64,000 nucleotides of DNA from Candidatus Latescibacterota bacterium (GTDB taxonomy: Bacteria; Latescibacterota; UBA2968; GCA-2709665), in NCBI GenBank assembly GCA_965116875.1, contig OZ220733.1, positions 4,544,001 through 4,608,000 on the forward strand. The letters are read 5' to 3'. Positions 40,276 to 50,411 of this stretch are shown here, piece after piece (within the stretch, counting starts at the first letter, position 1; every line of letters begins with the position of its first letter). Made by a program: the position numbers and the translations under genes. Below the pieces are notes generated by a model, which searched no databases, was not told where the DNA came from, and saw only the letters and a program-made list of their open reading frames with translations.

Positions 40276-40417
40276 GCACAAGCAGTGCAAGTCCTCTGGA
40301 TGACAGGTTGGTCGAACGCGCTGCGAATACGTTACTGGCGCACGCATGACAATCGGATTTTCGGCTTTTATCCTGATCATCCTGTCCATCCATGTAAGTT
40401 CTGAATTGCAAAAGTTA

Positions 40418-40446
40418 AAGGAGGCCGAAAGTTATCGGCCTCCTTC
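40418..40446 (-). terminator. Terminator after the tRNA
   Basis: AAGGAGGCCGA-aagtta-TCGGCCTCCTT. Confidence 0.7.
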
Positions 40447-40455
40447 TCGTTTTTT

Positions 40456-40532
<77 letters not shown>

Positions 40533-40579
40533 ACCATTGATGTCCTATATAGGGAAATCTATCATTCCGGACGGTTTTG

Positions 40580-41869
40580 TCAAGCGATTTTTTGGGTTTT
40601 GTCCTGTTTGCTTCTGTCGGGCTCCCGTTTGACGATCCGAACCGTGGTAATGCGTTGGCCGACCACTTCCTCGACCCACAGGGTGATGTTCTCAAAAACG
40701 AACGTCTCTTCGGGGCCAGGTACCCGACCCAGGTGGTTGTAGATGAACCCCCCGAGGGTTTCGTATCCGTCGCGTGGAAGCTCTATGTTTAAAATCAGAT
40801 TGAGATCGTCTATATCGAGCCGCGCGTCGGCAACCAGCACATGCCCGTCTTCGTCCCAGTGAAACAGTTGCTCCTCCTCGTCGTATTCGTCTTGAATCTC
40901 GCCGACGATCTCTTCAATGAGATCTTCGAGCGTGACCAGCCCGGAGGTGCCGCCGAATTCATTGATGACAATCGCCATGTGCACTTTGTTGGTTTTGAAC
41001 TCTCTCATCAACTCCGCGATCTTTTTGTCCTCAGGCGCGAAAAACGGTTTTCGCATGGCGTTTCCGGGCGTCCAGTCCTTTCCCGTGCTTAAAAGCTCGA
41101 GCAGATCCTTGGCGTACACCACGCCTTCGATATGGTCCACGCGTTCGCGGTATATGGGAATGCGGGAATGCCGCTTTTCCTGGATCAGCGCCAGGATTTC
41201 TGCCGGTTTGGAGGAGATTTCGGCGCACACCATGTCAATACGCGGCACCATCACTTCCTTGACGGTGGTGTCGCCGAATTCGAATATGCCGGCGATCATG
41301 TCCCGTTCTTCCTCTTCTATCGTTCCTTCCTCGGTTTCGGTTTCCACGATCTGCCGCAGCTCTTCCTCCTTGATCGCCCGGGTATCGGTTTCGCTGACAA
41401 AGATACTCCGTGTTTTCAGCAGCAGCAACGCGGGGGTCAGCAGCAGCGCATACAGCGGATAGTAAATGGCGATCAGGTGAGGCAGGGGCCTGTCGGAACC
41501 CTCTTCGCGCTTGTAGAAAGAGATTGCATTGGCGATCAGCAGAGAGAGGAGTACGAACGCGCCGATGCTCAGAAGGTCTCGAAGAAGCGGCCAGGCGAAC
41601 TCCCGCAATCCGAATCTGGAGAGGAATGCGAATGCAAGCGCGCCAACCGCTATGGACAGGGATTGTCCAAACGAGACCGTCATGCCCAGGGCGTATCTTG
41701 TGCGGTACATCGACAGCAAGAGGTTCGCGCGTGGTACGGCTTCGTCGCGGAGGCGTTCAAGTGTCGCCCGTGAAATCGTGCTGCCGATTGCGCCCAGTCT
41801 GGCGATCAGCGCGGTAACCACCAGAGAACCGCCCGCGACGAGTCCGGCCAACCACTCGGAGTCATCCAA
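40580..41869 (-). CDS. HlyC/CorC family CNNM-CBS transporter-associated protein
   Basis: TM region, VKEVMVPRIDM, HSRIPIY, EFGGTSGLVTLEDLIEEIVGEIQDEYD. Confidence 0.92.
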   Translation of the reverse strand: MDDSEWLAGLVAGGSLVVTALIARLGAIGSTISRATLERLRDEAVPRANLLLSMYRTRYALGMTVSFGQSLSIAVGALAFAFLSRFGLREFAWPLLRDLLSIGAFVLLSLLIANAISFYKREEGSDRPLPHLIAIYYPLYALLLTPALLLLKTRSIFVSETDTRAIKEEELRQIVETETEEGTIEEEERDMIAGIFEFGDTTVKEVMVPRIDMVCAEISSKPAEILALIQEKRHSRIPIYRERVDHIEGVVYAKDLLELLSTGKDWTPGNAMRKPFFAPEDKKIAELMREFKTNKVHMAIVINEFGGTSGLVTLEDLIEEIVGEIQDEYDEEEQLFHWDEDGHVLVADARLDIDDLNLILNIELPRDGYETLGGFIYNHLGRVPGPEETFVFENITLWVEEVVGQRITTVRIVKREPDRSKQDKTQKIA

Positions 41870-41876
41870 AATGGAC

Positions 41877-42329
41877 TCACTCTCCTTTCAGGTGTTTGCC
41901 TGCTTGAAACCGGGCGAAATACTCCCGTTCCCTGCCTCGCATGGAGGCGGTGGACATGGATGTGTCGTGTCGGTACCCCAGCAGATGCAGGATTCCGTGT
42001 ATGGCGAGCCATGCGATCTCTTCGGACAGGCGCCTTGAAGCTTCACGGGCCTGTAACTCAGCACGATCCACGGAAATATAGATTTCACCCAGCGCGTCGC
42101 AATCGGGATGGATGGGATCCGCCAGATCGAAGGAAAGAACATCCGTCGGCTCTGGTGCGCCCTTGAACTGACCGTTCAGACGACAAAGCGTCCCGTCGTC
42201 GGCCAGAACCAGCGTGACGGTTCCGTCGGCGCCGTGATCCTCAAGCACACTGTCCAGGAGGAATACAAGGTCGGTCGGGTCGCCGGCTTCGGGGAGCGGC
42301 GCCTCCTGCTCGATACGGACCCGGGTCAC
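41877..42329 (-). CDS. ybeY: rRNA maturation RNase YbeY
   Basis: PTDVLSF, LGEIYIS, HGILHLLGYRH; GTG start overlaps the upstream stop. Confidence 0.92.
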   Translation of the reverse strand: MTRVRIEQEAPLPEAGDPTDLVFLLDSVLEDHGADGTVTLVLADDGTLCRLNGQFKGAPEPTDVLSFDLADPIHPDCDALGEIYISVDRAELQAREASRRLSEEIAWLAIHGILHLLGYRHDTSMSTASMRGREREYFARFQAGKHLKGE

Positions 42330-44638
42330 AGAACTTCCTTCCTGCGCCCGGGTTGAACCCGCTTCTGTTCGTGCTGCCACGGATAGGCAACGCGGCTGTG
42401 CCAGGTGGCATCCAGAATCGGAAGAAATGCTTCCTGAATCCGGGTAAGGTCTCTGAGCGTGAGGTCGCATTCGTCCAATTCCCCAGCGGTGAATCTTGAT
42501 TTTACAAGCGCTTGAACCATCTTCCGGGTTTCTTCCGGAGTACTGGTATTGAGGCTGCGTCTTGCGGATTCAACCGCGTCGGCCAGGCTGACAATGCCGG
42601 CCTCCCGGGTCTGGGGCCTCGGCCCCGGGTACCGGAAGTCGGCGTCGCGCACCTCGTGGGGCGCGCTGTTTTCAAGGGCGCTCTTCTTGAAGCTTGCGAT
42701 TTCGCTGGTACCGTGATGCTGGGCGATCATGTCGATGATGACCCGGGGCAGGCCTTCCTCTTCGGCCATGCTGATGCCGTCCTTGACATGGGAGATCAGA
42801 ATCAGCGCGCTCAGGCGAGGCTGGAGTTCATCGTGCGGATTCACGCCCTTCTGGTTTTCGATGAAATAGTGCGGCCGGATCATCTTGCCGATGTCATGGT
42901 AGTAACACCCCACCCGGGCCAGCAGTCCGTTGGCTCCGGTGACTTCGGCAGCCGCCTCCGATAGCCTTGCCATGATGATACTGTGACTGTAGGTGCCGGG
43001 CGCCCGAATGGCCAGATTGCGCAATAGTGGACGGTTCAGGTCCGAGAGCTCCAGGAGCGTGTAGGTGGTGACCACGCTGAATGCGCTTTCGAAGATTGGC
43101 AGGAGGCCAATGGTCAGAACCGAGGATGCACAGGCCGTGAAGGTGCCCAGAACCAGGTCCCACCTGACTTTCAGGAAGAACTCTCCGAAGCTGGAATAGC
43201 TGAACAACAGGATCGCCGTTGCCAGGGTCGAGAGCAGATAGGCGCAGACCAGGAAGGCGATGGACCGGTAGAAGAAATCGCTGCGGCGGTTGACGGGCCT
43301 CACGGAGTAAGCCCCGGCAGCACCCGTAACCAGGTAGATCAGGCCGAAGGAAAGGCTTCCCACGATGCTCGCGCACAACGTGGCGCACACAAATGAAACG
43401 ACCAGGCCGACTTCGGTATCGAAGAGTACGGTGGCCAGCATCACCGAAAGCGCAACGGGAACCAGTAAGGGTGTGACCGCGGACACCGTTGCGGCGTATG
43501 AAGCGACCATGCACGGCATGACGATCAGAATGCCAAAGAGGACGAGGTTTGACGTTGACGCAATGACCGTTGGACGCGACACCTGAAGAAACACGAACAG
43601 AATGGCAATCAGCAGGGCGCTGACAACGGCCTGGGCAGCCACCTGGAGATTGTACAGATAGGGGACACGGTCAATCGCGCGGTTCATGTGAACGGAGAGA
43701 GATCGCAACTGGTCCATGTGTTCCAGGGTCACGCGGTCATGCTTGTCGACGATGCGTTCACCGCCAAGGACGGTTCCTTTGTAGGGGGAGATTCTCGCTG
43801 CGGCCTCGTCCCTGCGCCGCTCCGTTTCCTCCGCGCTGTAGGTGAGATTGGGCGTTAGAAAAACGACGACAAGCTCGTACACAGACTTTATTTCCGCGGG
43901 CGTGCCCTGCGGAAACTGTCTGTCGATTTCATCCTGCAGGCTGCGCTCATACCATTCCAGACCGCGGATGGGATCTGACGCGATACGCCGCTCCTGGTCC
44001 CCCTGAACGAGGACCACCTCTGAGCGGTCGGAGCCGAGGACTTCAGAGTCCTGGTCCAGAACCCCGGCGGCGTAACTTGATACGAGCAATTCGCGGACGG
44101 TCGAACGAAGCTTTTCAAATCCGGTGGGGTAGTTGGCGGCCTCGTTGATCAGAAAGCGCAGGCTCATCTGAGATACCGGGCCGATTTCCGAATGGGCCTG
44201 CTGGAGGTGAATAACCGCCGAATCCGGAATGGCCAGGACGCTCACCCGATTCAGATCTTCCAGGAATCGGTCGAGGGCGCGCTGCCGGTCTGCCGACACC
44301 TCCGTATTCAGGATCACGACCGGAAGAACGTCGTTTCGGGCAGCTTCCACTTCACGGACGTATTCGGTTTCGTTCTTGAGCACCTTGAAGTTTTCCGGAG
44401 CGATGACTTCATAGGGCGCGATTGTACCCTCACTGAAGGCGCCGTGTTCGTAGTCCGTTCTGGCAATCGGGAAAAAATAAGTCAGCAGGGCCACCAGAGT
44501 GAACATGAGCCCAATGCGCAATAGAACCCTCGGGCGCAGCCGAAGCTTGCGCCGGGATGGCTCACCGCGCTCGCCGCCGTCGGCGCCCGATTCCACGAGT
44601 CCTGTATACAGGAGCAGTCGTCGAAGCCTACGCATCAT
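42326..44638 (-). CDS. 7TM-HD family phosphohydrolase (PgpH-like)
   Basis: APGTYSHS, YYHDIGK, SHVKDG, QHHGT, FRYPGPRPQTRE; extracellular domain plus multi-TM region. Confidence 0.92.
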   Translation of the reverse strand: MMRRLRRLLLYTGLVESGADGGERGEPSRRKLRLRPRVLLRIGLMFTLVALLTYFFPIARTDYEHGAFSEGTIAPYEVIAPENFKVLKNETEYVREVEAARNDVLPVVILNTEVSADRQRALDRFLEDLNRVSVLAIPDSAVIHLQQAHSEIGPVSQMSLRFLINEAANYPTGFEKLRSTVRELLVSSYAAGVLDQDSEVLGSDRSEVVLVQGDQERRIASDPIRGLEWYERSLQDEIDRQFPQGTPAEIKSVYELVVVFLTPNLTYSAEETERRRDEAAARISPYKGTVLGGERIVDKHDRVTLEHMDQLRSLSVHMNRAIDRVPYLYNLQVAAQAVVSALLIAILFVFLQVSRPTVIASTSNLVLFGILIVMPCMVASYAATVSAVTPLLVPVALSVMLATVLFDTEVGLVVSFVCATLCASIVGSLSFGLIYLVTGAAGAYSVRPVNRRSDFFYRSIAFLVCAYLLSTLATAILLFSYSSFGEFFLKVRWDLVLGTFTACASSVLTIGLLPIFESAFSVVTTYTLLELSDLNRPLLRNLAIRAPGTYSHSIIMARLSEAAAEVTGANGLLARVGCYYHDIGKMIRPHYFIENQKGVNPHDELQPRLSALILISHVKDGISMAEEEGLPRVIIDMIAQHHGTSEIASFKKSALENSAPHEVRDADFRYPGPRPQTREAGIVSLADAVESARRSLNTSTPEETRKMVQALVKSRFTAGELDECDLTLRDLTRIQEAFLPILDATWHSRVAYPWQHEQKRVQPGRRKEVL

Positions 44639-44658
44639 AAAGCAAATTACCCCGATTT

Positions 44659-45678
44659 TTACGACCCATGCGCTTCAGCGCCGTTGTTCAGGTCGGGTCC
44701 ATCCGCCGACTGGAGCCTCTTTTCACTCTCGTACCGGTCGTATGCGGAGATGATCTTTTTGACCAGAGCGTGGCGTACGACGTCCTTCTCCGTGAATTGC
44801 ACAAACCGCACGGCCTCAATATGCGAGAGTATCTGATGAACATGCACGAGTCCGGACACTTCGTCGGGTGGCAGGTCGATCTGGGTGACGTCGCCATTGA
44901 CAACCGCCTTGGAGTTGGCGCCCAACCTCGTAAGAAACATCTTCATCTGGTTGATGGTCGTATTCTGGGCTTCATCCAGAATGACGAATGCGTTATTGAG
45001 CGTTCGTCCCCGCATAAATGCAAGCGGTGCAATTTCCAGTGTCCGGTTTTCGAGCAGGTGTTGCATCTGGTCGCCGGGAATCATGTCCCGCAGTGCGTCG
45101 TACAACGGACGCAGATAGGGATCGACCTTATCCTGGATGTCACCCGGCAGGAAGCCGAGGTTTTCTCCGGCCTCCACCGCGGGACGGGTCAGGATGATCC
45201 TCGACACTTCCTTGCGCTTCAGAGCCGCGGCTGCGCAGGCAACGGCGAGGTAGGTCTTGCCGGTACCTGCGGGGCCGATTCCGAAAACGACGTCGAATTT
45301 CTCTATTCCCGATACATATCGCCGTTGAGCGTCCGAACGGGGCCGAATCACGCATTTCTGGGTGGCCAGCACGGTCTCTTCTGCTGCCGACGGCCCGTTA
45401 TCGTGATCCGTTTTCCTCGACCCGTCCGCCAGTTCCGGCGCGTCGCCACGACGCAGGCACGAGACCATCTCCTCCAGCAGTCCGGAAACATGCCGGACTT
45501 TGTACGCGGGGCCGGTGATCGTGACGGTTTCGCCGCGGGCAGTTACGTGGACGCCGTATCTGGCTTCGAGCGCCAGAAGGTTCACGTCGTTGTGTCCGTA
45601 CAATGTGAGGGGATCAACGCCCTGAATGGACAGTTGATGAGATAAGGTTGGATTTCTCAACAGGTCAGGTCTTTTCAC
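44659..45678 (-). CDS. phoH: PhoH-family ATPase (YbeZ-like)
   Basis: GPAGTGKTYLA, RPAVEAGENLGFLPG, AFMRGRTL, LDEAQN. Start uncertain. Confidence 0.93.
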   Translation of the reverse strand: MKRPDLLRNPTLSHQLSIQGVDPLTLYGHNDVNLLALEARYGVHVTARGETVTITGPAYKVRHVSGLLEEMVSCLRRGDAPELADGSRKTDHDNGPSAAEETVLATQKCVIRPRSDAQRRYVSGIEKFDVVFGIGPAGTGKTYLAVACAAAALKRKEVSRIILTRPAVEAGENLGFLPGDIQDKVDPYLRPLYDALRDMIPGDQMQHLLENRTLEIAPLAFMRGRTLNNAFVILDEAQNTTINQMKMFLTRLGANSKAVVNGDVTQIDLPPDEVSGLVHVHQILSHIEAVRFVQFTEKDVVRHALVKKIISAYDRYESEKRLQSADGPDLNNGAEAHGS

Positions 45679-45682
45679 AAAT

Positions 45683-45727
45683 AAAAAAAGCCCTCGTTCC
45701 GGCCAGACTCCGGGAACGAGAGCTTTT
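45683..45727 (-). terminator. Terminator after the LysM gene
   Basis: On the minus strand, AAAGCTCTCGTTCC...GGAACGAGGGCTTT followed by a T-run. Confidence 0.65.
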
Positions 45728-45814
45728 CAGTTGTCTTATTCGTGGTTTGAGTCGCTTTCCATTTTTTTAGGACGCTAATCTCCGCGGATCGAAGCCGTGG
45801 GGTCCTGATATCTG

Positions 45815-46666
45815 TCAGTCTTCCGGTACGTCTATGACCTGTGCAGGGAAGATCAGGTTTGGATCTCTGATCTGCGATTTGTTCGCCCGATAAATGCGGT
45901 GCCATTTCGTCGCGTCGTTGTAGATCATACCGGCAATGCTTGTAAGTGTATGGCCCTGAAGGACAAGGTGCTGGCCTCTGTCTACGCCAAATGGAATCTG
46001 CAGCACCCAATCCGGATAGATCAGGTCCGGATGCCTGATCTTGTCCCGGTTTTCGAGATAGATCCGGGGCCAGAGGTACGCATTGTCGTAAATGTCCTCG
46101 CTCCTGGCGATGTTCCAGAGATTGTCGTTGCGAAGGACCGTGTAGTCCTTGATCTTCTTCGCAGGCATCCGTGCGGCGATTCTTTCGACCAACTGTACGA
46201 TGCTTTTGAGTTTCATACTCGCTTTGGGAAGATGGCGGATCTTGTTCTGCTTGAGGCCCTCAACCTCTTCCGAGATTGCATCGAAGTGGTCCCGCTGGTC
46301 GAAGAGATCGGCATCGGGAAGATTCATCAGGGCCCTCAACTGGCCCTCGACACGATCCAGTGCGGCCATGTAAGCGTCGATGCAGGCCTGATCGGGACAA
46401 CCAACCAGATCCAGGATCTCCTGCATGGTACTTGCGATCTGGGCGTCCACGTCGGCGATCTGCTGTGCAACCTTGTCTCCCGCTTCCTTACACTCCTGCA
46501 ATTTCTGTTTGAGTTCCTGGGTCTCCTGCTGCACGCTTGCAAGCTGCATTTCATATTCTTCGTACGTCATTCCGTTGCCCGACTGGGCAAAAGCGGCCAG
46601 CGGAACCAGAGAAATCGCCAGCGCGGTGCAGACAAGCGAAAACCCGATGTGTTTACGATTCTTCAC
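45815..46666 (-). CDS. Secreted coiled-coil protein with two LysM domains
   Basis: YTVLRNDNLWNIA...WPRIY..N..KIRHPDLIYP and a second LysM ending IRDPNLIFPAQ. Confidence 0.88.
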   Translation of the reverse strand: MKNRKHIGFSLVCTALAISLVPLAAFAQSGNGMTYEEYEMQLASVQQETQELKQKLQECKEAGDKVAQQIADVDAQIASTMQEILDLVGCPDQACIDAYMAALDRVEGQLRALMNLPDADLFDQRDHFDAISEEVEGLKQNKIRHLPKASMKLKSIVQLVERIAARMPAKKIKDYTVLRNDNLWNIARSEDIYDNAYLWPRIYLENRDKIRHPDLIYPDWVLQIPFGVDRGQHLVLQGHTLTSIAGMIYNDATKWHRIYRANKSQIRDPNLIFPAQVIDVPED

Positions 46667-46682
46667 TGGAAACTCCTTTCCA

Positions 46683-46958
46683 TTACGGATTCATGGCGTT
46701 CTGCACTGCGTCCCTATCGGCGGTCAGTCTTTGAAGTTCCTGTTTCTTTTCGGCCAGTGTGCGTTCAAGTTCAGCCCGCTTCTGCCGACAGGCGTTCAGA
46801 TCCGCTTCGGCCGCTCGCGCGTTGTCCCGCGCTTCCTTCAGCATCTGAAGGTCTTCGTCGGATGCCATGACATGGCATCCCGACAGAAGGGGAAGCAGGA
46901 ACAGCGCAAGCACGACGCCAAATCCCGTAAAACGATCCATCAAGTTACGCTTTGCCAT
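46683..46958 (-). CDS. Small coiled-coil lipoprotein
   Basis: Lipobox LLSGC; alanine-rich helical body; AGGAGA RBS. Confidence 0.75.
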   Translation of the reverse strand: MAKRNLMDRFTGFGVVLALFLLPLLSGCHVMASDEDLQMLKEARDNARAAEADLNACRQKRAELERTLAEKKQELQRLTADRDAVQNAMNP

Positions 46959-47169
46959 CGATGTCTCCTTGGGGACACGTGTTCATGCGTTGAAACGACG
47001 GTGAATTAACAGACAGACTGAAAGCGGCGACTACCGTTTACGCACGAAAAACAAGCGCGAAATCACCGTCTGACGGGGCTACATTTATGTCACCAAATTA
47101 CTACAAGAATGGGCTGAAGTCAAGAAAAAAATCCACACGAACGCTTGTAGAAATAAGCGGATATCGTGT

Positions 47170-48966
47170 TCAGGGACGGGTCGGTTCACCGCCCGACAAC
47201 CGGATTCCGAGTTCTCTCAGTTGCTCCGCGTCGACCGCTGACGGAGCGCCGTCCATCAGGGATGCGGCATTGTTGGTTTTGGGAAAGGCGATCACGTCGC
47301 GGATGTAGTCCCGTCCCGCCATCAGGGCAACCAGACGATCGTAACCGAAAGCGATCCCGCCGTGGGGAGGCGCGCCGTACCGGAACGCATCCAGGAGGAA
47401 ACCGAACTTCTCTTCCGCCTCGGCCGGAGAGATGTCCAGAAGGTCGAACATCCTTTCCTGGATTTCCCGTCGGTGAATACGAATGCTGCCTCCTGCAATC
47501 TCGTTCCCGTTCAGCACGAGGTCGTATGCCCGCGCACGCACGCCCGGCGGGTCTGTTTCCATTTTTCCAATGTCTTCGTCCACGGGCGAGGTGAACGGAT
47601 GGTGGCACGCCGCATAGCGTTTCTCGCGCGGGTCCCATTCCACCAGGGGGAAATGCGTAACCCAGCCGAAGCTGTAATGATCGCGGTCCAGCAGATTCAG
47701 CTGATCCGCCAGTTTCAGGCGAAGGTTGCCGAGTACCTCCGCCACAACCGCCGGCTGGTCGGCCACGAACAGCAGAAGATCACCCGGTTCGGCCTTCAGG
47801 TCCCGCTTCAGCAGGGATTGCGCGTGTTCGGGAAAGAATTTTACGATGGCAGATTCCATACCGCCGTCGGTCACCCTGATCCACGCGAGTCCCCTGGCGC
47901 CGAATTCGCTGGCATAGATGCCCAGATCGTCTATCTGTTTGCGCGAGAACCCGCCGCATCCCTTTGCGTTGATTCCGCGAACCTGGCCGCCGTCGGAGAG
48001 TACCCGTTTGAACACCTGGAAGTCGGAGGCATCGGCCGCAGCCGCCAGGTCGACAATTTCGAAACCGAACCGGGTGTCCGGCTTGTCGGATCCGTAGGTG
48101 TCGATCGCTTCCTTGTGGGTGAGCCGGGGAAAGGGTCGAGGCAGGTCGATGTCCAGGATCACCCTGAATAGGCCGGCGGTGAGCCGCTCGGCCGCTTCCA
48201 TAACGTCTTCTTCGTTGACGAACGACATCTCAATGTCGATCTGCGTGAATTCCGGTTGCCGGTCACCGCGCAGGTCTTCGTCCCTGAAGCATCGCACAAT
48301 TTGAAAATACCGGTCGAATCCGGCCACCATGATCAACTGCTTGTATGTTTGCGGGGATTGTGGCAGAGCGTAGAAGTGGCCCGGGTTGATCCGGCTGGGG
48401 ACCAGATAGTCACGGGCGCCTTCCGGCGTGCTTTTCATCAGAAACGGGGTTTCGACCTCGATAAAGCCGTCGTCCGCAAGGAATTTTCGCGTTGCCTGCG
48501 ATACGCGGTGCCGCAGCATGATGTCGGCCTGCAGGTCCGGCCGGCGAAGGTCGAGGTAACGATGGCGGAGCCTGATCTCTTCGTTGGCATCCGAATCCGC
48601 TTCAATCAGAAAGGGCGGCGTTTCCGATTCATTCAGAATTCTCAGTTCGGATACTTCGACGTCGATTTCACCCGTGGACAGGTTGGGGTTGGCCATGCCC
48701 GCGGGCCGGGATTCCACCCTTCCCTTGATCGCAAGAACGAACTCATTCCGTATGGCTTCCGCCTTCAGGTGAATTTCGGGATTCAGATCGGGCCGAAACA
48801 CGACCTGCGTCAGCCCGTCCCGATCGCGCAGATCGGCAAAAATCACGCCGCCGTGATCCCTGCGCTTGGAGACCCACCCCATCAGCGTGACCTGCCTGCC
48901 GATATCGCGGGCGCGCAGGTCGCCACAGGAGTGCGTTCGTTTCCAGCCGCCAAGGGATTCCGCCAT
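47170..48966 (-). CDS. aspS: Aspartate--tRNA ligase
   Basis: KRTHSCG, RRDHGG, STPEGARDYLVPSR, LPQSPQ, FRDEDLRGDRQPEFTQ, GAPPHGG. Confidence 0.97.
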   Translation of the reverse strand: MAESLGGWKRTHSCGDLRARDIGRQVTLMGWVSKRRDHGGVIFADLRDRDGLTQVVFRPDLNPEIHLKAEAIRNEFVLAIKGRVESRPAGMANPNLSTGEIDVEVSELRILNESETPPFLIEADSDANEEIRLRHRYLDLRRPDLQADIMLRHRVSQATRKFLADDGFIEVETPFLMKSTPEGARDYLVPSRINPGHFYALPQSPQTYKQLIMVAGFDRYFQIVRCFRDEDLRGDRQPEFTQIDIEMSFVNEEDVMEAAERLTAGLFRVILDIDLPRPFPRLTHKEAIDTYGSDKPDTRFGFEIVDLAAAADASDFQVFKRVLSDGGQVRGINAKGCGGFSRKQIDDLGIYASEFGARGLAWIRVTDGGMESAIVKFFPEHAQSLLKRDLKAEPGDLLLFVADQPAVVAEVLGNLRLKLADQLNLLDRDHYSFGWVTHFPLVEWDPREKRYAACHHPFTSPVDEDIGKMETDPPGVRARAYDLVLNGNEIAGGSIRIHRREIQERMFDLLDISPAEAEEKFGFLLDAFRYGAPPHGGIAFGYDRLVALMAGRDYIRDVIAFPKTNNAASLMDGAPSAVDAEQLRELGIRLSGGEPTRP

Positions 48967-49036
48967 ATTCAAGGCTCCGGTAGTGGTGCGAATCTTTGCA
49001 CGTGAATGCCGGCGCGACCTGCCCGCGCCCATGTCT

Positions 49037-50326
49037 TCAGCGTAAACGCGAATTCCTGATGTGTTCTGCGAGTTTGCAGACGTTGCCCGAGGGCAGGACG
49101 GTCTGCTCGCCGGTTGCCAGATTCTTCAGTCCGACTGTCTTTGATCGAATCTCGTCGGGGCCGATAATCGTGACGAACGGGATGCCCTTGCGGTCAGCGT
49201 ATTTCAATTGCCTGTCAAGGCGCTGACCGGGTTGCAGACCGAGTTCCACCGCGAGACCCTGTGACCTGGCCAGGCGTGCAAAGGCCGAGGCGTGTTCGGC
49301 CGTTTCTTCCGAAAAGACCGAGACCAGCAGGTCCGGGATCGGCGTGGATATGCTTTCAAGCAGATCGGATTCCTTCAGCAGTTCGGTAATCGCCATGTCG
49401 CCAACCGCAAAACCGACGCCCGGTACCGGCTTCCTGCCGCCGACCTGCAGGGTCAGATTGTCGTATCGCCCGCCCCCGTACAGGGCGCGCCTGAGTGAAC
49501 CCTTCGCCCAGGCTTCGAAGACGATGCCGGTGTAATAGTCGAATCCGCGCACGATTTTGGGGTCGGTTTCCACGTAGTCCGAGACATCGTTCATTTCAAG
49601 CAGCCTGACGACACGTTCAAGCCGGGGCGAAAACCCCGGATCCTTGCTTTCCAGCGCCTCGACAAGCCCGTCGATCTGCTCTGAGCCGAGGCCGAGCTCC
49701 GCAAGACCGCCGCTGAATTTTTCGAAAGGCATCCTGTCGATCCGGTCCACGATGGCGAACAGGGGCCGGATCTGACCGGGGAGAATGCCAAGGGAGCGCA
49801 TGAGGTGGGACTCGAGGCCCTGTCGATCGTTGAGCCTGACGGTCACCTGATCGGGAGACAATCCGAGCGTCCTCAGAAGCTCACAGGCGATCGTGACAAT
49901 CTCGACGTCGGCATGAAGCGTATCGCTTCCGAGCAGGTCGATGTTCCACTGAAAGAAGGACCTTCCCCTGCCGCGCTGCGGGCGTTCGTATCGATAGAAT
50001 CGTCCAAATGATTGCCAGCGCAACGGAAAGACAAGCCGATCTTCCCGCGCCGCCACCATTCGTGCCAGCGTCGGCGTAAGTTCCGGACGAAGGACCAGCG
50101 GTTTTTCGTCGCGACCGGACAACGTGAACGTCTGGCGGCCCACGATTTCCTCGCTGGTCTTGCCCAGGTAGAGGTCCAGGTACTCCAGGACAGGACCCTC
50201 GTATTCCTGGTAACCGTAGCCGGCGCCAAGCGCGATACACGTATCACCCAGCCACTTTTGCAGAGCCCAGTCTTCGGGGTAGAAATCCCTGACGCCCTTG
50301 ACACGAGGGATGAGGTCGGTCGCCAT
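49037..50326 (-). CDS. hisS: Histidine--tRNA ligase
   Basis: KGVRDF, LRPELT, RYERPQRGR, VRGFDYYTG, GGGRYD. Confidence 0.96.
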   Translation of the reverse strand: MATDLIPRVKGVRDFYPEDWALQKWLGDTCIALGAGYGYQEYEGPVLEYLDLYLGKTSEEIVGRQTFTLSGRDEKPLVLRPELTPTLARMVAAREDRLVFPLRWQSFGRFYRYERPQRGRGRSFFQWNIDLLGSDTLHADVEIVTIACELLRTLGLSPDQVTVRLNDRQGLESHLMRSLGILPGQIRPLFAIVDRIDRMPFEKFSGGLAELGLGSEQIDGLVEALESKDPGFSPRLERVVRLLEMNDVSDYVETDPKIVRGFDYYTGIVFEAWAKGSLRRALYGGGRYDNLTLQVGGRKPVPGVGFAVGDMAITELLKESDLLESISTPIPDLLVSVFSEETAEHASAFARLARSQGLAVELGLQPGQRLDRQLKYADRKGIPFVTIIGPDEIRSKTVGLKNLATGEQTVLPSGNVCKLAEHIRNSRLR

Positions 50327-50411
50327 AGTCTTCCGGTCTCGGTTGGTTAAGCCCTTGATTTTCAGCCAAATCGACAAACATACACACAAGTTGACCCGAT
50401 GTCAAGATTTA

